Shown: positions 1 through 10,153, numbered from the stretch's first letter. The stretch: 64,000 nucleotides of DNA from Obrimoposthia wandeli (GCA_977020255.1 CDROCS010000506.1:806001-870000); one strand, 5' to 3'. Notes: a model not told the origin generated them from the sequence alone. Made by a program: numbers and translations.

Positions 1-5
1 TGATT

Positions 6-2132
6 ATGAAAGAATATCAGTACAAATCTTTACTATTGATGTCTTCATTATTTTATAGTTTGAGTGCTGTATCAGCGCCTTTTGATAGCTGTCCTACAGA
101 AGCGTTTTTATCTCAATATAAAAATGGTGCAACACACTATAAGTCAGTCGATCTTAGTTCAGGCCTAGTAACTACCTTACAAACCGATGATAACCTAGGC
201 TCAGATTCAATTAATGCCATAGCATTCAACAATACTGACAAATATATCTACGGTTTTGACCGCAACAAATTAGCCCTCGTAAAATTAGATAGTGATTTTA
301 AAGCTACAGTATTAAACTTTACTAACCCACCAAATAATAATTTCTATGTCGGTGATATTGACGACAACAAATTTTATTTTTATCGCCGTTATCTTGGCCT
401 TTTCTACACGAATCTTGATAGTAGCGCAGCTGATTACCTTACTATCACAAGCGTTACAGGTTCAAATAAATCGATCAATATTGCCGACTTTGCCTTCCAT
501 CCAATCAATAAAAAAATATATGCTGTGGAAGGGAAAAGTGGCATTTTATATGAAATAGATCCAGCCACGGGTATTGCCACTAATGTTGCAAATACGGGTG
601 TCACATCGCCACGTAGTGCATTTGGGGCAGCCTATTTTGACTCGTCGGGTTTCCTTTATTTTCTTCGTAATAATGACGGTAATATTTACCGTACCGACAT
701 CACCGACCCGAATAATATCACGGGTGATACAGTCTACTTCGCGAAAGCAGCAGCAAGTAACAGTAATGACGGTGCACGTTGCTCTGAAGCTGCAGTAGTA
801 TCAACGGGTACCGATTTTGGTGACGCCCCTGATTCATATGGTACGAGCTTATCGGCTAATGGTGCTCGTCATCTTGTTAATTATAATAACTATATTCTCG
901 GTAATATCATTGATGCTGAAGACGACGCGAAACTATCACCAAGCAGTGATGATACAGATAACCTTGCTGATGACGATGGCATTTTATTTCAAACAGCGCT
1001 GGTTACTGGTTTTGATAGTCAAATCAATGTCACCGTTAGTGGTGGTCAGGAATCAGCTTATTTCAATGCTTGGTTTGACTGGAATCAAGACGGTGACTTT
1101 GAGGATGCCGGTGAACATGTATTTGATGGCACCAGTCTAACGACAGACTCTCATAACTTAACATTAAGCGTACCACCGACCGCACTACAAGGTAACACAT
1201 GGGCTCGCTTTAGAATTGGTAATCAGGAAGTAATGAGTAGTACAGGTGGTTACAGCACAGGGGAAGTTGAAGATTATCCAATTTCAATCGTCGATGGTAA
1301 TACAACGAACATTTATTACCCAAGTGAAAATGACTTCGTTACACTTGCATTTGAAGACCTCTGGCCTGAAAACGGTGATTATGATTTTAATGATGTTGTA
1401 GTCCATTACCGTATTGTACAAACCATTAAAAACAATCAAGTTACTCGTGTCGATATACAAGGGGAGCTAATTAACTACGGCGCAGGTTATTTCAATGGTT
1501 TCGCTGTTCACCTTCCCGGGATACTACGCAGTAATGTAAATCAAAGTTTATTAAACGCGAGTTACAATTCGATACCTGCAGCAACAACAGGTTTATTAGA
1601 AGAGAATCAGACTGATGCGGTTATCATTGTTTCTGACAATTTGAAAGGCGAGTTCACATCGACCTGTGGTAGTCATTTCTTTAATACCGAATCTGGTTGT
1701 ATGGATAGCAGTAGTGTTTATACATTCGAGATTAATGTCCCGATGAATAATCCTGTTGATATTGCTAACATGCCCGCGATGCCATTAAACCCCTTTATTT
1801 TTGCGACCGAGAACCGTAGCCGAAATGATTTCTTTGGTGGCCCAATGGGACGTGATTTAGAAATTCATTTACCTGACCAACCTATTACAGATTTAGGCAG
1901 TTCGGATTACTTCGGTCTTTTAGATGATAACTCTAACCCTCCGACTACAACATTCAGAAATGCAGAAAACTTACCTTGGGCGATTGAGGTTGGTAATACT
2001 GAGTGGAAAGCACCGTTAGAATCAACGGATATATCTTCAGCTTATCCAGAGTTCATCCAATTTATTACCAGCGGTGGAACCATTAGCCAATATTGGTTTG
2101 ATAATCCAGTTCATCACAGAACCGTAGACTAG
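6..2132 (+). CDS. Secreted LruC-domain (DUF4842) protein with N-terminal beta-propeller-like region and GEVED domain
   Basis: 708 aa with signal peptide; DFGDAPDSYGT, WFDWNQDGDF and GEVEDY motifs; C-terminal TLAFEDLWPENGDYDFNDVV...LEIHLP...PWAIEV is typical of LruC/DUF4842. Confidence 0.85.
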   Translation: MKEYQYKSLLLMSSLFYSLSAVSAPFDSCPTEAFLSQYKNGATHYKSVDLSSGLVTTLQTDDNLGSDSINAIAFNNTDKYIYGFDRNKLALVKLDSDFKATVLNFTNPPNNNFYVGDIDDNKFYFYRRYLGLFYTNLDSSAADYLTITSVTGSNKSINIADFAFHPINKKIYAVEGKSGILYEIDPATGIATNVANTGVTSPRSAFGAAYFDSSGFLYFLRNNDGNIYRTDITDPNNITGDTVYFAKAAASNSNDGARCSEAAVVSTGTDFGDAPDSYGTSLSANGARHLVNYNNYILGNIIDAEDDAKLSPSSDDTDNLADDDGILFQTALVTGFDSQINVTVSGGQESAYFNAWFDWNQDGDFEDAGEHVFDGTSLTTDSHNLTLSVPPTALQGNTWARFRIGNQEVMSSTGGYSTGEVEDYPISIVDGNTTNIYYPSENDFVTLAFEDLWPENGDYDFNDVVVHYRIVQTIKNNQVTRVDIQGELINYGAGYFNGFAVHLPGILRSNVNQSLLNASYNSIPAATTGLLEENQTDAVIIVSDNLKGEFTSTCGSHFFNTESGCMDSSSVYTFEINVPMNNPVDIANMPAMPLNPFIFATENRSRNDFFGGPMGRDLEIHLPDQPITDLGSSDYFGLLDDNSNPPTTTFRNAENLPWAIEVGNTEWKAPLESTDISSAYPEFIQFITSGGTISQYWFDNPVHHRTVD

Positions 2133-2141
2133 GAGCAGACT

Positions 2142-2645
2142 ATGAAACTTATTAAAACACTGATTATTTGTAATATTGCCTTCATCTCTGCTTGCGGAGG
2201 AAGCGATAGCCCAAGTGGTAATACGCCAGCGGCTGCTGAATCATCTGCGATTGATGGACCGGTACGACAATTAACTGCAGATGAAGATGGATTTATTACC
2301 ACTGAAGGAGAAAGCACCAGATTTCAAAATATTGAAGTACCAGAAGATCAAGACTTCACGGCTTCAAAACAACAACAGTTAACGATTACATCGGCAGGGG
2401 GGACTTCGTGCCATATAAATGTATATTCTCGATTCAATAAAGCCCAAGGTAACAATTATTCACCTTCGGCAGCAAGCCGCATTGTTCAAATGTATTCAGA
2501 TACATGTGAATACTCAGGTACTATCTACATCCTAAACCAACAACAAAAATTGTTAGTAGAGGTGATAAATTTAAACCTAGATGACACAACAAGTTATTAT
2601 GAAAAATTAATAGACAACAAGCCTATTGAAGTAGCAGTTAAATAA
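2142..2645 (+). CDS. Hypothetical lipoprotein, in an operon with the LruC protein
   Basis: AGGAG RBS 9 bp after the upstream stop; lipobox-like FISAC-GG; 167 aa. Confidence 0.75.
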   Translation: MKLIKTLIICNIAFISACGGSDSPSGNTPAAAESSAIDGPVRQLTADEDGFITTEGESTRFQNIEVPEDQDFTASKQQQLTITSAGGTSCHINVYSRFNKAQGNNYSPSAASRIVQMYSDTCEYSGTIYILNQQQKLLVEVINLNLDDTTSYYEKLIDNKPIEVAVK

Positions 2646-2660
2646 CGTTAGTAGTACGAC

Positions 2661-2771
2661 ATAGAAAAACATTGATAGCTCCAAAGTAATATGAAATAGA
2701 AAACATTGATAACATTGATAACTCCAAAGTAGTATGAAATAGAAAACATTGAAAACATTGATAGCTCCAAA
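2661..2771 (+). repeat. Three degenerate tandem copies of a ~35-43 bp unit (ATAGAAAACATTGATAGCTCCAAAGTARTATGAA)
   Basis: Read directly; copies start at about 2661, 2696 and 2739, with internal AACATTGA duplications. Confidence 0.85.
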
Positions 2772-2773
2772 CC

Positions 2774-2808
2774 AAAAGCCACTGCAGAGTTCTGCCAGTG
2801 GCTTTTTT
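2774..2808 (+). terminator. Rho-independent terminator
   Basis: AAAAGCCACTG...CAGTGGC followed by T7. Confidence 0.85.
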
Positions 2809-2949
2809 TGTATCTCCCTATGTAGAATCTCTATTTTCGACTATCGCGATCGAATTGGGCCATAAATATAATCCCCTTTTGATTGTTAATTATGCATCTT
2901 GAAGTAGCCTAGGTATAATAATCTCGATTCCCATTCAAAGGTCACTTAA

Positions 2950-4365
2950 ATGCGTTTAACCATTTTCCATAAATTGTTTATCTCACTGATGCTCATTAGC
3001 TTAATCATGATGGCGGGTATGGCGCTGTTGATAAATAATAGCTTTCAAAACGGCTTACAAAGTTATTTAAACCAAAGTGAAATTGAAAAAATAGAAACCC
3101 TAGCCGAGCGGATCAGTGATTATTATTCACCTCAAAACGGTTGGAAAGACATCCAACGAGAGCCAAAGCAATGGGCGCAGTTACTGCAAAATATTGGTGA
3201 GCATCCGAGTCCTTCTAAAAATCACCCCGAACGTAAAGACTACAAACCCAGTTTTAATCGCCTTGAAGCACGATTAAACTTGCTCAACAAAAACGGTAAA
3301 TCCATTATCGGTAACCCGAAGAACTTACGTCGTTTACATAATAATATTCAGATCACCAAGATCCCCGTGATCAGTAACAACAGAACCGTCGGTTGGTTAT
3401 CGGTGATACAACGTGAAAGTATCAAAGGCCGTCTTGCCGAACGTTTTCTACGTCAACAATTAGACAATTTTTATTGGATTGCAGCTTGGGCAGCCTTATT
3501 TTCATTTATTGTTGCAGCTTTATTAGTTCGCCATTTTTTAAAACCACTTAAAAACTTAGATAGCGCTGCGAAATCATTATCGAACGGTAACTTTGATTAT
3601 CAAATTGATGTCCGTGGTAAAGATGAATTAGCGGAGCTATCGCTCGCGTTCAACCTGCTAACTACTACACTCAAGACCCAAAAACACGCTCGAGAACAAT
3701 GGTTATCCGATATATCTCACGAACTGCGCACCCCGATTGCCGTTTTACTTAGTGAAATTGAAGCCATTGAAGACGGGATCCGTAAACCCGAGCCAAGGTA
3801 TATAAGATCATTGCACGATCAAGTCATGACCCTTACCCGCTTAGTCGATGATTTATATTCGTTATCATTATCTGATAGTGGCGTGCTTATCGATACGACT
3901 CAAAAAGTTGATATAACGAATATCATCAGTAATATTGCCAACCAAAATGAAGTGCGTTTAGCCGATAAACACATTGCGATACAACGTCTATACGATCACA
4001 ACCAATGCACGTTATTACACGCCGACGCCAAGTCAATCGCACAGTTAATTGGTAATTTATTTGAAAATAGTTACCGCTACACCAATCCCAATGGGCAAAT
4101 TCATATTAACCTGCAGCAGACACCTGACACGATAATATTAACCATTGAAGACAGTGCCCCAGGCGTACCCGATGACGCATTACCTAAACTGTTTGAACGC
4201 TTATATCGCGTAGATAAGTCTCGCAGCCGTGCCAATGGTGGTTCTGGTTTAGGGTTATCGATTTGCGAAAACATCGTCAAGATGCATCATGGCGATATCA
4301 GTGCTCAACACTCTGAACTTGGCGGCTTAAAAATAACTATATCTCTTCCAATTAAGGACCATTAA
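2950..4365 (+). CDS. baeS: BaeS-like sensor histidine kinase
   Basis: Two TM helices, HAMP domain, H-box DISHELRTP, N-box NLFENSYRY, G-boxes DSAPGV and GGSGLGL. Confidence 0.85.
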   Translation: MRLTIFHKLFISLMLISLIMMAGMALLINNSFQNGLQSYLNQSEIEKIETLAERISDYYSPQNGWKDIQREPKQWAQLLQNIGEHPSPSKNHPERKDYKPSFNRLEARLNLLNKNGKSIIGNPKNLRRLHNNIQITKIPVISNNRTVGWLSVIQRESIKGRLAERFLRQQLDNFYWIAAWAALFSFIVAALLVRHFLKPLKNLDSAAKSLSNGNFDYQIDVRGKDELAELSLAFNLLTTTLKTQKHAREQWLSDISHELRTPIAVLLSEIEAIEDGIRKPEPRYIRSLHDQVMTLTRLVDDLYSLSLSDSGVLIDTTQKVDITNIISNIANQNEVRLADKHIAIQRLYDHNQCTLLHADAKSIAQLIGNLFENSYRYTNPNGQIHINLQQTPDTIILTIEDSAPGVPDDALPKLFERLYRVDKSRSRANGGSGLGLSICENIVKMHHGDISAQHSELGGLKITISLPIKDH

Positions 4366-4368
4366 TCC

Positions 4369-5049
4369 ATGACACAGTCAGCAAAAACAATTCTCGTGGT
4401 TGAAGATGAGCCGTCACTGGCCATTGTTTTATGTGAGTACCTAGCACAAGCGGGATTCCAAACCCATATCATTGATAACGGCCTTGAAGTAATAGACTGG
4501 GTGAAACAACACAACCCAGATCTGCTTATTCTCGATTTAATGCTGCCCTATCGTGACGGTCTCGATATCTATCGTGAACTGCGTACCTTCAGCCAAGTAC
4601 CCGTGGTGATGGCGACTGCGCGTGTCGATGAAATTGACCGTTTATTAGGCCTTGAACTCGGCGCCGATGATTATATCTGCAAACCATATAGCCCGCGTGA
4701 AGTCGTCGCGCGTATCAAAAACGTATTACGCCGCTCTGCCGAGGTGACTGCGCCATCAATACAGCATGGCCTCATGATTAATGATGAGCAGATGAAAGCG
4801 ACATTTGATGGTAATGAACTTACTTTAACTCCCGCAGAATTTCGCCTTCTGAGCTTTTTTAATCAGCATTCAGGTCAAGTATTTAATCGTGACCAATTGA
4901 TGCAAAAGATTTATGCCGACCATCGCTTAGTCACCGACCGTACCATCGATAGTCACATTAAAAACTTACGTAAGAAATTACAAGATGCAGCGCCAAACAA
5001 TGAATATATCAAATCAATTTACGGCGTTGGCTATCGCTTTACGTTGTAA
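4369..5049 (+). CDS. baeR: BaeR-like OmpR-family response regulator
   Basis: Receiver domain (EDE, LDLMLP, GADDYICKPYSPRE) and winged helix (DRTIDSHIKNLRKKL...YGVGYR). Confidence 0.85.
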   Translation: MTQSAKTILVVEDEPSLAIVLCEYLAQAGFQTHIIDNGLEVIDWVKQHNPDLLILDLMLPYRDGLDIYRELRTFSQVPVVMATARVDEIDRLLGLELGADDYICKPYSPREVVARIKNVLRRSAEVTAPSIQHGLMINDEQMKATFDGNELTLTPAEFRLLSFFNQHSGQVFNRDQLMQKIYADHRLVTDRTIDSHIKNLRKKLQDAAPNNEYIKSIYGVGYRFTL

Positions 5050-5080
5050 TTATTTTAGTCTTTTTGAATATGCTGGCTAA

Positions 5081-5136
5081 TCTCCACATTTTCTCCACAT
5101 TTTATCCATAATGCCTGCGCATTTGTTGCTTATAAT
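5081..5136 (+). promoter_or_regulatory. Putative BaeR-type operator (three 11-bp direct repeats) and -10 box for the EF-hand gene
   Basis: TCTCCACATTT (5081), TCTCCACATTT (5092), TATCCATAATG (5103), then TATAAT at 5131; resembles the E. coli BaeR TCTCCAT-containing site. Confidence 0.65.
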
Positions 5137-5210
5137 GACTCCATCAACAGGTTAACCCGCTATGAACTAACCTTGTTTAAGACTAACAACCAGCAATAAG
5201 TGAGAGCATT

Positions 5211-5771
5211 ATGAAAAAGACATTATTTATTACCGCAGCCTTATTAACAGCGATGACAACAACTACATTTGCTTATGCAGATAATGATAACAAGCAAGGT
5301 AACCATGTGTCTTTTGAACAAATGGACACCAATCAAGATGGTCAAGTATCAAAAGAAGAAGCCACTGGTCGTTTAGCTAAGCACTTTGATAAATTAGATA
5401 GCGACAACGACGGTTTCGTTAGCAAAGCAGATTTGCCAAATAAAGGTAAGCACCATAAAGGCGAAAAGTTTGCAGCAATGGACACCGACAATGACGGTAA
5501 AATCTCAAAAGAAGAAGCAACGGGTCGCCTAGCTGAAAACTTTGATAAAATCGATACTGACAACGACGGTTTCATCACTAAAGATGACATGAAAAAAAAT
5601 AAGCACCATAAAGGTAAAAATCATCGCGGCATGATGTTCAAGCAAATGGACACCAATAACGACGGTAAAATATCTAAAGAAGAAATGATGCAACACTTTG
5701 ATAAATTAGATTCAAACGGCGACGGTTTTATCACTAAAGAAGACATGAAAGCGCAATATAAAAAACGTTAG
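5211..5771 (+). CDS. Secreted multi-EF-hand protein
   Basis: Signal peptide (AYA); six DxN/DxDG-type loops in three internal repeats; His/Lys-rich linkers. Confidence 0.9.
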   Translation: MKKTLFITAALLTAMTTTTFAYADNDNKQGNHVSFEQMDTNQDGQVSKEEATGRLAKHFDKLDSDNDGFVSKADLPNKGKHHKGEKFAAMDTDNDGKISKEEATGRLAENFDKIDTDNDGFITKDDMKKNKHHKGKNHRGMMFKQMDTNNDGKISKEEMMQHFDKLDSNGDGFITKEDMKAQYKKR

Positions 5772-5801
5772 AACCTAAAAACAATAAATTACACCACACT
5801 A

Positions 5802-5837
5802 AAAAATGCCTGTTAGTTATCACTAACAGGCATTTTT
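5802..5837. terminator. Rho-independent terminator (bidirectional architecture)
   Basis: AAAAATGCCTGTTAGT / ACTAACAGGCATTTTT inverted repeat. Confidence 0.85.
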
Positions 5838-5992
5838 ATTACCTCGCTAGCTGCTTTTTAACCAAAAAGTATAACTTTAGTGTTAACTAGATCATGTTTA
5901 TTCGTGTAAAAGCTCCTTTAACGATCTGAATTACATAAGATGAAGATAACCAATAAATGTGACCCAGCTAACAAATAGAGTGTGAGTGATTT

Positions 5993-7975
5993 ATGTCAAA
6001 ACCTTATCCCCTTGGAGCAAATTTGCAGTCTGTCAGCAGCTTAAAACCACAAGGCTGTAACTTTGCGATATATGCACCGGATTGCGCCAATTTGCAGCTG
6101 GTACTATTTAATGGCAAAGCCCAACGTAGTTTTACTATCGAAAAAAAATATGCGGGTGTCCATCACATCTTCATTAGCGATATTCACGCTGGTCAAGAGT
6201 ATGGTTTCTCAAGCAATATAGACGGTAAAGACTGGCTGTTGCTTGACCCTTACGCAAAAGCTGTCAGCAAAGCACCTTATTATGAACCGCCTTACAGTGC
6301 CGATAAAAGCTGGCACATGGCAAAAGCGCTAGTTACCGATAATACGTTTGATTGGCAAGCTGTGCCGCCACCCGATGTGCCACTTGCCGAAACTATTTTA
6401 TTAGAGACCCACGCCAAAGGTTTTAGCCAATTAAACCCGGCGATAACATCCGCAGCACCAGGCAGTTATCAAGCATTAGCAGACCCAGCCAATATTAAAC
6501 TGTTAAAAGAACAAGGTATTACCAGCGTACAGCTGCTACCTGTTGCCGTGTGTATGCATGAGCCACACTTGTTAAAACAACAAGGCGTTAATTTTTGGGG
6601 TTATAGTACCCTCGCCTTTATGGCCCCCGATCCCCGTTATGCGACCCTCGATGCGGTAACTGAATTAAAAACCGCGATCCGAGAACTACACAGACATGGT
6701 ATCGAAGTGATCTTAGATGTGGTCTTTAACCATACCGCAGAAGGTGGTCAAGATGGCCCTATATTCAATCTTAAAGCACTCGATCACCGTTATTACTTGC
6801 GAGATGAAAATGGCCTACGCAACTACACAGGTTGTGGTAACAGTTTAGACTTAACTCATCAGGCCAGTCTTAATTTAGTCATGGACAGCTTACGTTATTG
6901 GGTAAGTGAATATCATATTGACGGTTTCCGTTTTGATTTAGCCGCAACACTGGGCCGTAACGGCGATCGCTTTAACCAACAGGCACCCTTTTTCCATGCC
7001 GTAGCGCAAGATCCTATTTTACAAGCGACTAAACTTATCGCGGAACCTTGGGATATTGGCCCTGATGGCTATCAGCTCGGTTATTTCCCTGATGGTTGGA
7101 ACGAATGTAATGATAAATTCCGTGATACTGTACGCAGCTTTTGGCGTGGCGATCACGGCTATTTAAAAGATTTTGCTACCCGTATTATGGGCTCTCGTCA
7201 CTTCTTTAGTGGTGGACGCTGGCCACATAAGTTGCCCGTCAATTATATTGCTTACCATGATGGTTTTACCCTGCAAGATTTAGTGTCTTACAACGATAAA
7301 CACAATTGTGCTAATGGTGAAAATAATCGCGATGGCCATGGTGATAACCGCTCGTACAATTGTGGCATTGAAGGCGTAACCGATAATGTCGAGATTATCG
7401 CCTTTCGTGAAAAACAAAAGCGTAATTTGATCACTACTTTACTGTTTAGTTTTGGCATACCGCATCTGTTGGCTGCCGATACCGTGTCGCACACTCAAGG
7501 CGGTAACAACAATGCTTACTGTCAAGATAATGAGATAAGCTGGCTAAACTGGGAGATGGACGAATTAAAACAAGAATTCCAAGACTGGTTAAGTAAGATG
7601 ATCGCAGCGCGTAAAGAATACATGCTGCCATTCATTGACGCGTTTACCGGCGATGGACGTAATGATCACCGTATTAGCTGGTATTGCTGCAATGGCGAAG
7701 TGATGCAACAGCATGACTGGGAACATCAAAGCAGTTTAGGCCTTCATCTTGGCCTTGGTACCGATGGCGATGAACTGCTGTTGTTATTCAACCAAATCGA
7801 TACACCCGTTGATTTTAAATTACCGGATGTACCGCCAATTTGGCATCGAGTTTGTGATACCAGTTCAATGCACCTTGCGCCATTGAATGTGAACGATCAC
7901 TATCAACTAGCTGGCCGTTCTATGGTGGTATTACAACGCAGTGGTATTACGACGAGCACTAGCGATATTATCTAA
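5993..7975 (+). CDS. glgX: Glycogen debranching enzyme (GH13, isoamylase-type)
   Basis: YPLGA N-terminus, NFWGY, DVVFNHT, DGFRFDLA, LIAEPWD, HDGFTLQDLVSYN, GNNNAYCQDNEISW. Confidence 0.93.
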   Translation: MSKPYPLGANLQSVSSLKPQGCNFAIYAPDCANLQLVLFNGKAQRSFTIEKKYAGVHHIFISDIHAGQEYGFSSNIDGKDWLLLDPYAKAVSKAPYYEPPYSADKSWHMAKALVTDNTFDWQAVPPPDVPLAETILLETHAKGFSQLNPAITSAAPGSYQALADPANIKLLKEQGITSVQLLPVAVCMHEPHLLKQQGVNFWGYSTLAFMAPDPRYATLDAVTELKTAIRELHRHGIEVILDVVFNHTAEGGQDGPIFNLKALDHRYYLRDENGLRNYTGCGNSLDLTHQASLNLVMDSLRYWVSEYHIDGFRFDLAATLGRNGDRFNQQAPFFHAVAQDPILQATKLIAEPWDIGPDGYQLGYFPDGWNECNDKFRDTVRSFWRGDHGYLKDFATRIMGSRHFFSGGRWPHKLPVNYIAYHDGFTLQDLVSYNDKHNCANGENNRDGHGDNRSYNCGIEGVTDNVEIIAFREKQKRNLITTLLFSFGIPHLLAADTVSHTQGGNNNAYCQDNEISWLNWEMDELKQEFQDWLSKMIAARKEYMLPFIDAFTGDGRNDHRISWYCCNGEVMQQHDWEHQSSLGLHLGLGTDGDELLLLFNQIDTPVDFKLPDVPPIWHRVCDTSSMHLAPLNVNDHYQLAGRSMVVLQRSGITTSTSDII

Positions 7976-9091
7976 GGCACTGACGCGTTTAATTTCTTGG
8001 GGGCTGAAATAAGCCTCTCGTAATTGCGCAATTTCGAGCTGTTGTTGCTCACTATCGCTGTTCTCATCTGCGGCATTATTGGTAATAACAGCCAGCTCTT
8101 CTCTATATTCAGCTAACTTTACCTGCCACAGCTCACGCTTAACATCTAATGCAGCTAAACGATCTGCCACTTCAGGTGAAAATGATTGTTGGGTGAAATC
8201 TTGTAATTCACTCTGACTCGCACCTTGCGCTTGCAACACCTGATACTGTTCCCGGTATTCATTGAGTTGATTGGCGTTACGCTGTTGCGTCAATAGCCAT
8301 TCCGGCGCGGTGCTATCTAACGCTGCTATCGCCGTCTGTTTTTCAGCGCTATTTAATAACGCATCCTTATTAATCTTAGCCAAACTTAACATGTAATCTT
8401 CGTACTCATCTGCTTGACCAAAAAAAGCTGTAATGACATCATCATCAAGATAAGTCGTGCGCGCATCAAGGACCATTTCACGCACTTCAATCACGCTGTC
8501 TAATGCATATTCATTACTATTTTCGGGACCAATACTCTGCTCAAATTGCTGTTTAATCGCAGCCACTTCATTTAAATATTGTAAATAGCCCGAGAATATA
8601 TCCATACCTTTAGTCAGCGCAGGCTCAGTAAGCTGCGATGTAAGGCTGTGCTTAATACGCATAACAATAATATCGAGACTCTCCTCTCCCATTGCTGACA
8701 GGTAAAAATCAAATAAATGCTGAATTTTTTTGTTAATAACCAATTCACCAAATTCATTCACATCCAGAGTCTCTGGTAATACAGCGCCTAACAATGAGCT
8801 AGGTAATAACAACGGCACTGCTTGCCCTTCAGTATTTTCAGCAAGCCCGTCATCACCCCGATTAACCAAGGCGTTAATGGCTTCAGGTGATAATGGATAG
8901 CTAACCTGCTGCTTTACTATTTGTGAGGTGACTATTGGCGATGGCGGTAAAATTGGTGACACTGGTGTTGTAGCTATGGATTGCGCATCATCTGACGATA
9001 AAAAGAATGCGCTGGCCATAACCACAATAACGCCCGATAACGCAGTCGCAATAATAAGCGGTGTTGATTTAAACGACATAACAGACTCCAT
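7931..9091 (-). CDS. lifO: Lipase chaperone (lipase-specific foldase)
   Basis: N-terminal membrane anchor; FDFYLSAMGE foldase motif; helical C-terminus; directly downstream of the lipase. The start may be the second Met (MSFK). Confidence 0.88.
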   Translation of the reverse strand: MESVMSFKSTPLIIATALSGVIVVMASAFFLSSDDAQSIATTPVSPILPPSPIVTSQIVKQQVSYPLSPEAINALVNRGDDGLAENTEGQAVPLLLPSSLLGAVLPETLDVNEFGELVINKKIQHLFDFYLSAMGEESLDIIVMRIKHSLTSQLTEPALTKGMDIFSGYLQYLNEVAAIKQQFEQSIGPENSNEYALDSVIEVREMVLDARTTYLDDDVITAFFGQADEYEDYMLSLAKINKDALLNSAEKQTAIAALDSTAPEWLLTQQRNANQLNEYREQYQVLQAQGASQSELQDFTQQSFSPEVADRLAALDVKRELWQVKLAEYREELAVITNNAADENSDSEQQQLEIAQLREAYFSPQEIKRVSALDNIASARRNTTAL

Positions 9092-9163
9092 CTAACTACA
9101 TTTTGTAGATAGCTAATCATGATGAAAAGCTATCTACCTTAAATAAACACTATAAATAACTAA

Positions 9164-10153
9164 TTACAGTCCAGCGCTCGTTAAACGCTTCGCATGTGCT
9201 GCATATAAAGGTAAAGGACTGGTGCTACCTAAACCGCGTAAACCAAACATACCATTGATTTCATCGGCGTGATTCATCGTGTAATCATCGCGGATCACTT
9301 TACCTAAATGCGTCGAACAGCGTCCAACGACACCATCATTTGCTTCATCTATCGTAAGATACGTCACTGCTAATAAGCCATCAGCAAGATCAAGTACATT
9401 AGAGTTGAATACCGGATTATATGTACCGCCCCATGAATAATACGATACACCGTTAACACTATGATCGCCGTCATTGACTGAATAGTCATACACCCAATTT
9501 GGCCACCACCATGAACCCGCGTTATAACTTGGTGTCGCTTTACATTCACCCTGCCTTAAGCCTTCAGGGTATTTAGCATTAAAAATTGCCGCGTCTTTAG
9601 AGTTCAATGCTTCTAGCGAACCCATCGCATTAACAGCGTTATCATTATTGCCAGTAGCAACTGCAAGTAAACTCGCAACCGCATTACCAATAGCCATTGC
9701 CGGGCCTTCTAATGGTGAATCTTTAATAATATCCGCGGTACCTGAACCTCGATGTGGAGAACCCACCGACGTAACAGACGCGATCAAATCAGGTCGTACC
9801 GAGGCAACATAACGTGAATCAATCCCGCCTTGAGAATGACCAATTAAGTTAAACTTGTCAGCGCCCGTGACTGCACTTAGTTGCTCTAAATAGCTCAGTA
9901 GCTGCTCACCACGTACTTCACTGGTATCATAGCCACTGACTTGTGGTGTATACACATTAGTTGCGCCCACATCTGCTAACGCACCTTTCACACCATAAAA
10001 ATAATCTGCTAGCACACTATCAAACCCTGCAAGGCCATGCACTAATACCACTGGGTATTTGGTTTTCCCCGAAGTATCTGCTTGAGCGGGTGTAGCCATA
10101 AAGCACAAGGCTCCGGCTAAGACAGGAAGTAAAGTCCGAGTTTTTTTTAACAT
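9164..10153 (-). CDS. lipA: Secreted triacylglycerol lipase (family I, Pseudomonas/Vibrio type)
   Basis: Signal peptide; TKYPVVLVHGL; nucleophile GHSQGG; NDGVVGRCSTHLG; NHADEING. Confidence 0.93.
   Translation of the reverse strand: MLKKTRTLLPVLAGALCFMATPAQADTSGKTKYPVVLVHGLAGFDSVLADYFYGVKGALADVGATNVYTPQVSGYDTSEVRGEQLLSYLEQLSAVTGADKFNLIGHSQGGIDSRYVASVRPDLIASVTSVGSPHRGSGTADIIKDSPLEGPAMAIGNAVASLLAVATGNNDNAVNAMGSLEALNSKDAAIFNAKYPEGLRQGECKATPSYNAGSWWWPNWVYDYSVNDGDHSVNGVSYYSWGGTYNPVFNSNVLDLADGLLAVTYLTIDEANDGVVGRCSTHLGKVIRDDYTMNHADEINGMFGLRGLGSTSPLPLYAAHAKRLTSAGL

Noticed and set aside
2661-2771. Possible mini-CRISPR array
   Set aside because: The units are contiguous and degenerate with no unique spacers, and no cas genes are present
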